Source of the DNA: Nymphaea colorata | Lineage: Eukaryota | Assembly (NCBI RefSeq): GCF_008831285.2 | Contig: NC_045138.2 | Span: 26,784,001 to 26,848,000, forward strand | DNA length: 64,000 nucleotides | Direction: 5' to 3' | In this document: one piece after another, positions 56,377 to 64,000 of the stretch | How the letters are laid out: each line of letters begins with the position of its first letter | Numbering within the stretch: position 1 is the stretch's first letter | Made by a program: the position numbers and the translations under genes | The notes under the pieces: model-generated | What the model saw: the letters and a program-made list of their open reading frames with translations, nothing else | Database searches by the model: none | What the model was told of the DNA's origin: nothing

Positions 56377-58344
56377 TGACCTCCACAAATGATATTTTCT
56401 ACGATGAGAATTTGGATTTGAGCACGAGAGCAGGAATTGGAATTTTTCGGCTTTGATAAGTGTCAACTAATCACCTGGTTTTCCAATGTGAAGCACAGTA
56501 ACGTGGGTCGTGTGTGTGTTAGATTGGTTGGTGAGAGGAACCGTTGGCTGATCCTTGTTGATGGCTCCCTATGAAATCTCGGGAGAAGTATGGGCAGTGA
56601 TTGATCCACTGCCCATTTATTACTTGGGCAGAATCCATTTAGGTTCATGTACACTTTTAAACGCTGTAATCGTAATCATTAATGGAGACACCAGCAATTT
56701 CATGGTTGCCTTTTAGTTTGATCTAATGAATCTCTGAATTCTTAAACCTATTTCCGATAAGATCCCGTTTTGTCAAAAAATCGGATGTCAGATCAGTTTT
56801 ATCCCAAAGTGAAAATTCGGTTGCTCTTTCAGCAGAAAAAAGGCCACATTTCTTCTCCGCTTTTACGACCTTTTCGGTTTCAATTGTGAATGAGACGTAC
56901 TAAGATGGGAACCCACCACCTGGAGCAGGTTAAGAACAAGTGAGCTAGGTTCAAGCCTCGCTCAGCTTTACACTGAGTCGAGCCAAGCTAAAGTTCATAA
57001 AGAAATTGAGCTAAAGGAGTCGAGTATTGTTTCATCTCTAAGAGTGTAGGTCTATATGTCACAATCATTCAAGCAGTCATTTCAATAGCTGATAAATGGA
57101 TTCTAAACTATTTATTTGCCAACAAACATTCAAGCATTTGTTTTAATAGCTCATATATCTACTCTCAAAGACTGGATTTTCAACTTTATAATTGTGAAAA
57201 AAGGAGAGAAAAAGTAGGTGCGAGGATGAGAAGCAAATATAAAGAAGGAAATCTCAAAATGAGATTGGTAGTAAAAGAATCATTTGGTCCGAGGAGAATA
57301 TATTTTTGTACTTGGGTTTCCTCAATCATTTGATCCGTAGAAGGTAACACTTATTTTCAAGCCCTCCTTTCTAATGACCTGTCATATAAGTTTGACTTAA
57401 AGCTATTTACATCTTTTTAATCTTAGTTTCCTGACCCTTTAAGTGATTAATTGTGGAGCACTTTCATATACCGAAACTGTAAGAAGGAAGTTATTTTTTT
57501 GAATGAAACGTGGGATGTTAGGGATGAATTGAAAAATAGGTAAGAGAAGGTAGCGCAAATGCACTTTTCAATAGTATCAATGCATTTCACTGAGAAGATA
57601 GCTGCAAACATGCTTCGGAAACGGGATTGCCAAATCTTCAATTATGCAGAGATGGGTTTTCTTAGTCGTGAGGACATCTATTAGGTGTCTCAGATTAACG
57701 TCTTCCTGTTTTGAAGATCACTAAATTAAGATTGAACTCCTCTGTTGCAGCTTTTTGATCAGACCTCTGACAATGAGAACAAAGGTATATGTATTGATGA
57801 ATTTGAGATCATTAGGTTGCAAACACATTCGGTCTTTTAGCAAACTCTAAAAGTCATTAGTTGTTAATGTGAGAAGAATTCTTCAAAAGGAAAACTTCAT
57901 GTTAAGTCACAAAATTTTGTGAAGACAACACCCGTGAGGAAGTTTTGGTAGCTGAATGACGATTTGCGATCTCTTCAGCTTGACATCCTTCCCATTCTCT
58001 TTCTTACCTTTGAAGCTTGAGTTGCAAAATGAAAAGGCCATTATTCTCGAAGATTGATGATGGAAAAATGTTCAGAACTTTGGGAAAAAATGGTATTTTT
58101 GAAGGCAAATTTTGAATATATCAGGTGAAAGACATGAATTTTAGCTTTTAGATTGAAACATTTCGTAGAAGAACCAAAAGAACAACTTAATTTCAGAGAA
58201 GGCATCATGTTTCTGAATTTTCATTAACACGACCTGGCGACTTTTGTGCCCTATAAAAGATTCGCCCTCCAAGTGTCTCAAGAGTTCTCCTCTGGTTGTG
58301 TCTTTCACCGATCAGGGGGCAACGCGAGCGTGTGAAAAGAGAGA

Positions 58345-58469
58345 ATGGAACCCCAGGTAGGTGGAAGTTCGTTAGGGAGTTGGTCTTCCATCCCAGCAGG
58401 CCTTCCAAACCCTAACATCGACAGCACCACTCACCAGTCTCTGGCTTCTCACTTCCACCTCTTGCCCGT

Positions 58470-58525
<56 letters not shown>

Positions 58526-61303
58526 ATTGATCTAATGTTTTAGTATTCTGGGGAAGTCCTCCCACGTTGGGTCTTCCTTTTGCTTTATTTGATATCTTGT
58601 TTACGGTTTATGATGCATATCCCATGTTTCGGGTTAGTGTTTAAAACATTTTTTCCCTTTTTGTGAATGTATTAAGCTTGTCTGTTGTTTCGATATCTCC
58701 TGAGTTGGGTGCTTGTTTGCTTTTGTCTTCCTATTATGGTTTCTTTTCAATGAATTTGGAGAATATGGTCAAGTTGATCTGCTGTTGAAATGAATATGTC
58801 TTTGGTTGTGCTTCCTGACTGAGGATTAGTTGTGTTTTTGCTTCCCCTTTTCTTTCTTTTCTTACTTCCTTCCTCCAAGTTTTCATTGTTCATTTGCTTT
58901 TAGCTGGTTGAAAGAAAATTTCATGACCGAGAAGCCTCTCACTGACATTCCTAGTGTCGTCAATCGCTCTCAGTTGTTCAAATACGATGCACCATTTCTT
59001 ATCGATGCTTAGGCTGTCATCATTGTTATTGTTGTCATCATTATGATTCGTTGTTGTTGTTTATATTATTATTGTTGTTGTTGTATTGTTAAACATATCC
59101 AACTGTTACCAGTGAATGAGTAATGCTCATGTAGTAATTATGCAAGGTTCATAATCAAATTTCCGGATATTGCTTGAATTAGCTTTGCAACAAGATAAAG
59201 AAATATAATGCTGCAACTAGTGCTTGTATTCCTAAAAAATTAGAAATATTTTTTAAATAAATTACAGGAAAATCTTTCTTTCATTTACTTACAACAAAAA
59301 AAACATCTATCTTCATGCCCAAGTTCTAAGTTTTGTACTTCGGGTAATTGTGTTTATTGGTGAACCACTAGCAGCCCCTTCACTTGCAAAAGCTTGATGA
59401 TAGAGTTGGTGTTCTTATCTGGATTTCAACTATGCATGGTCAGAGTGCTTGGGCCTTTGAATTTGTATAGGGGACTATTCTTGTTAAAGATGGAATGCAA
59501 GGCCATATTTTAAATTATTGTGTCGCACAAAGTTTTGATGGGTGCATTGACTGCCCCAAGTTTCCTCCTATTGGAACATGTTCATCTGGCCTCAATTCAT
59601 AGTCTGATTAGAAAAGTAATCATTATTTTTTTCTTTTGATTTAGTCAATGGGATGGAAAATTTTTCATTTTCACCTGATCTTCACCAGTAAGATCAAGGT
59701 TCTCCCTACCTGATCCTTAAGAATCGAGATTCATTTACCTCAACAAGATAATTGAGATCCCTCGACTCTGTTCATACTTGTAAAAATTCCTTTTTCTTGT
59801 GTACTAGAACCTGCAGATTTTAAGACCTATTCTGACTTTGAGTTGGTTAAATCTCCTATATGTAGTAATGGAATTCTGATTGAGATCTATTTAAGTCCCA
59901 TTTACCTTGTGCAACACCTGGCTGATAAATCATTGATTACTTTTGTATTTACATTATTTCCTCTTTGTTACAGCTAATTGACAATTTAGCAGAAGCAGTA
60001 GAAAATGGAACACGTGACCAACATTCAGACGCGTTGGTTAGTCTTTTTTCTGTGATTTTATTGCTGAATAATTAGCAACTTTGTCTTATGAAAAGTGAAG
60101 TTTGGAAAAATGGTATTTGAAAGTGCAAAATCTACAAACTAGAGCAGAATATGGCTACAGTTATCAACATTAGGCTGGGCCCATGAAGTTATAAGTATAG
60201 ATTTTTCTAACATTAGACAGGGCCTTGCAGTTTTGCCAACAGTAAAATTTCTCAAGAAAATATCCATTTGTGTTTTCACGTGTATTTTTTTGAGCTACTA
60301 CATGAATATGACAGGACTAATGTGATATTCCGAATGAAAATCTCTGGATGTTTTATTTTATGATACCCGTGATAGAGGTATTTTTTTGAGTTACTACATG
60401 AATATCACAGGACTAATGTGATACTCTGAATGAAAATCTCTGCACGTTTTATTTTATGATATCCATGATTTGTATCTTGTACTCCACTATGGTGGTTTCT
60501 AGTATGTGTTGTAAGGGGATTTTAACAAAACATAGCCCTTTGTGGTTTCTTGTGGCCTGCTTTTCAACAAAATTGCATGCTTCTCATTTTTTTAATTACA
60601 TTCTTTCTTCTTGAGGTGCATGAATTATCATAATAATAAATATCAGCTGGAATCTCTCAGATTATGTTACAGTGACAAGCAGTTAAATTTTTCTTAGTTG
60701 CATTCAAAAGGTCCAGCATGAGATTTCTGAACGGACTTTTGTATGCTAACTTTTGAAGCATAATTATTTAGTGATGATTCATGACTAACTTTTTGTAGGT
60801 TGCTGAATTGACCAGCCATTTTGAGAGGTGTCAACAACTACTGAACTCCATATCAGGAACTATAAGTTCCAAATCTGCAGTAAGCAGAAAATATATTTTG
60901 TTGTGTGTCCTCTTTTTCCAGTTATATAAATGGATGCGAACTTATGAGGCTTTGTCAAATTCTAAATTACCCTGTGTTGCCGGCTATTTGGCACCAAACA
61001 CATAACTGCACCTTTGATCCTGTGTCCACTTGTCACCACCTAACTTACTGTCATATATACTTTGTTCTGTTTGCTGCTAATATTAGACTGTGGAAGGCCA
61101 AAAGCGCAAGGTAGATGAATGTCAGCAACTTCTGAATCAACGGAGGTTTGGATATTTATTTTTTCTATACTTAAATGTAAATTTTATGATCGATGGTTAA
61201 CTGTATTTGATGTTCATTTATGAGTCATGGTTTCAGGGATCTGATCTCGCAGTACAAGAATTGCGTGGAGGACTTGATCAAGTCAGACACTAAAAAGCTG
61301 TAG
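58345..61303 (+). CDS. MED9: Mediator of RNA polymerase II transcription subunit 9, 5 exons, ~130 aa
   Basis: Exons 58345-58467, 59974-60036, 60799-60879, 61087-61145, 61237-61303 (393 nt). QSLASHFHLLP-LIDNLAEAVENGTRDQHSDAL-VAELTSHFERCQQLLNSISG...TVEGQKRK...LLNQRRDLISQYKNCVEDL matches plant MED9. Confidence 0.9.
60282..60469. repeat. Two-copy ~96-bp tandem duplication in MED9 intron 2
   Basis: GTATTTTTTTGAG(C/T)TACTACATGAATAT...TTTTATGATA starts at 60282 and again at 60378. Confidence 0.9.
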
Positions 61304-64000
61304 TGCTTTCCTGCCGCTTCTCTTGATGAGTAATACTTTTTTTCCTCCGCTGACGGTCCTTCTGAGGCACAGGCATTGCCTCTTTTTTTTTTTCTCCTGC
61401 TTGCACTTTGAGAATTTGTGGCTCTTATTTGGAGATCAGTTGGAATCTAGTCTGGCATAAACTTTTGCTACCATACCTGGTCTCTTTGTTGATCAGGGCC
61501 CTATAGGCGTCACCTGAATATTTAAATGAAACCTCTTCCTTTCATCCCCAATCCAGACCTTTCCAGATGTGTTAGGTGCTGGAGTTAGGCCCTACCTGAT
61601 TTTTAGGTGACCCTGGAACCAAATTATGGATTATGAAATTTTATTTCTTGATTTATTACAGTAAAATTCTTTGGCGGAATGTACAAGTTTGCAGTATCAA
61701 GTGTTCATAAACTGCAGTTTTAGGAGCTACTGATAGATGATACGATATTCAGGTAGGATCTCTTTGATGTACCGCTTGGTAAATAGTAAGGTTTAATGAA
61801 AAGCATACCTGTCTGAAGAATGCTAGAAACTTTGTTAGGCATTTATTCGTGTATCACTTGTAATTCTTTAGAAATCATAAGTACTTGACATCCGGGATTC
61901 TGGTAGTAGTCTAGATACAGTTAACGGTAAATTCTTGAACACCCAATTCTCGGTAACCTTTGTATTGTCTATTTGCAGGAACCACTGCATGTTGATGGAA
62001 TATGAATCTTTTTGTTTGTACAAGATGTAGTGCTTCCTAATATGTGTCATACTCTTCGCTATTTTTTAAAATCATAGTGCTGTGGTAGTTTACTGTTACA
62101 GGGGCGTTAATTTATGGAGGCAAACCATAATGTCCTGCATCTTTTCGCGTCCTATTTTCTCGTGTTCATCCGTGGTGGAAAATGTTCTAAATGTTCGACC
62201 TTGTAAAGTTAAAGGCTGAGAGGGCCCTGGGTTCGTGTTGGTTGCTTCCCATTTCTTTCACGGGGTTGTGGGTCTAATAATGTTGGCTACCACCCTACAA
62301 CGAGGGTATCCAAGCAGTTGCACTTGTTCGTTCTCCTTGTTCAATATATGATCCTTTAGAAAGGATTATGATAGATTATGCTTGTATTTTTTTTTACTGG
62401 CAGTCTTTCTTGGCAGTTCTTATATGTTTGCTTCTAACTTTTATGGGGAAAACTTTTTTCGTACCGAACCAGCCCGCCTGGCCACTCCATCCGCCCCTGC
62501 CCCCTCTAAAGCTTATCCGCTAGATTTGATTGGCTTTCTTTCACTTTTCCATTATTCTGCATATTGAACCTTGTGAGTACGGTGCTGTATGATTTAATAC
62601 AAAATTAGTCTCCAATAAAATTACGTAATTTTGATTAGCTGTAATCTATGCTGTCCAAGATTAAGATAACAAAAAGAATGCCTTTGTTTGATGTGACTGA
62701 ATTAGCAATTATTTATAAGTCCGCAAATCTAGTTGAGCACAGAACCCAAAAAAATATGTTGCAATCGGTAATTGCTTTCAAGTAGTTGATGGTAGACACT
62801 CTCGCCGGCCTGGTGTCGTTCAAAAGAGGTTTCGACCGGTTTGGTAGGTTAGGGCGGCGTTCTTTTTCACAAAGCAGAGAATGTACAACCCTATCAAAAG
62901 AATTTCTTGGCCTTGCTTGCTTTGCTGAGTGAAAAGTGAATGAATCATGACCACCATAGTGGGATTGGCCCAAGCACATCAGCATCATCACCAATGACAT
63001 CCGTAGATCATCAAAATTCAGGTGCTAAGTTACGTGAACACTTCATGTTGGTCCTCATATGAGTCATGGCACGCCTACATGGGAACTTTGGTACTGGAAT
63101 ACATTAGGACGTGTTTTGGATCGTGTCTAGAACAGGCCCGATCCCAAACACATTAAATTCTTTTTCTTTTTAACAAAAATGTATTTCTTTTGCAGGATTT
63201 TGTATATATATATATGGTATACCCCACTTAAAATGCATTATATATATATAGTTGTATTTGTATCCCTGTGTTCACGTTTTCCAAGTATCTGCTTCATGTA
63301 TCCATACCCGCACTGGTTTCCATGTAACCTAGTTCAGATGAGTATTTTGTGTACTGTCATGACCCTGTTAATTGAAAAGATGTCTGACGTATGAGGATGT
63401 GAACATCCACGTGATTCCTTGCATGCATGCCTTCTCGGAAGGATGGTGTGTGAGTGTGTGAGATTGTGTACGCTTGTCACTTTGCATGACCTCATTCTGT
63501 CTGGCCTTATTTGATTTGCATGTGGAATCCACAGTTAAAAGACTTGAAGCTGTGGATGCGGATGCATATGCTTTGTTCTTTTTGCCAGTGACTGAAGGCC
63601 CATGTTCTACGGATCTCATCGCAGGGAAAACGTTGCCGTGTGCTTCCTTCACAGTTGGATTTCCTTTTCTTTTTCCCAGTTAGATTTCATATGAATAAGC
63701 CGAAATGTAAGGTGCACCTCCAAAGGTCAGGGAAGTTGAACCGAAAGGATTCTGCCAATGTGACCTCCAGGGTTGAGGACCATCTCTTCCTTTCCACTCA
63801 ATTCTATCCAAATCTGTATGTGAACTCGAGATGCATCCTGATCATATTCTTAGACCATGTTTAATTATCTTGAGGGGGTTGGTTCAATGGTTGGAACAAA
63901 GACTGGTCAGTCTCCATTTCGACTCACTAGTGCGTCAATTTCATATGAGAAAAAGGGGGTGTATTGATATATAAATTGAATTTTGCAGGGGCATCATTTT

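Noticed and set aside
62850..63030. Minus-strand HLNFDDLR...KQAR...VHSLLC resembling a copia pre-integrase region
   Set aside because: Similarity is too fragmentary, with no Zn-finger cysteines at the proper spacing or other retroelement hallmarks.

Overview
Flowering-plant nuclear genomic DNA: AT-rich, GT-AG introns, many SSRs and MITEs. The species cannot be determined from the sequence alone. Seven intact protein-coding genes were reconstructed by hand. In order they are a 13-exon HDA2/HDAC11-type histone deacetylase, an intronless PRA1.F-like prenylated Rab acceptor, a chloroplast ACHT-type thioredoxin (WCGSC), a bHLH041-like transcription factor, a minus-strand LOB-domain gene, an 18-exon mitochondrial HSP60/CPN60-like gene and Mediator subunit MED9. 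The HDA2-PRA1 block is tandemly duplicated with reciprocal decay: copy 1 keeps HDA2 and has a frameshifted PRA1, copy 2 keeps PRA1 and only fragments of HDA2, and copia gag relics lie between them. The most notable non-coding feature is a TAS3-like locus at about 22.74-23.03 kb. It has two miR390 sites with the non-cleavable 5' and cleavable 3' mismatch pattern typical of TAS3, but no canonical tasiR-ARF, so it may be a miR390-triggered phasiRNA locus with different or decayed cargo. A near-perfect 507-bp palindrome lies at 31.9-32.4 kb.
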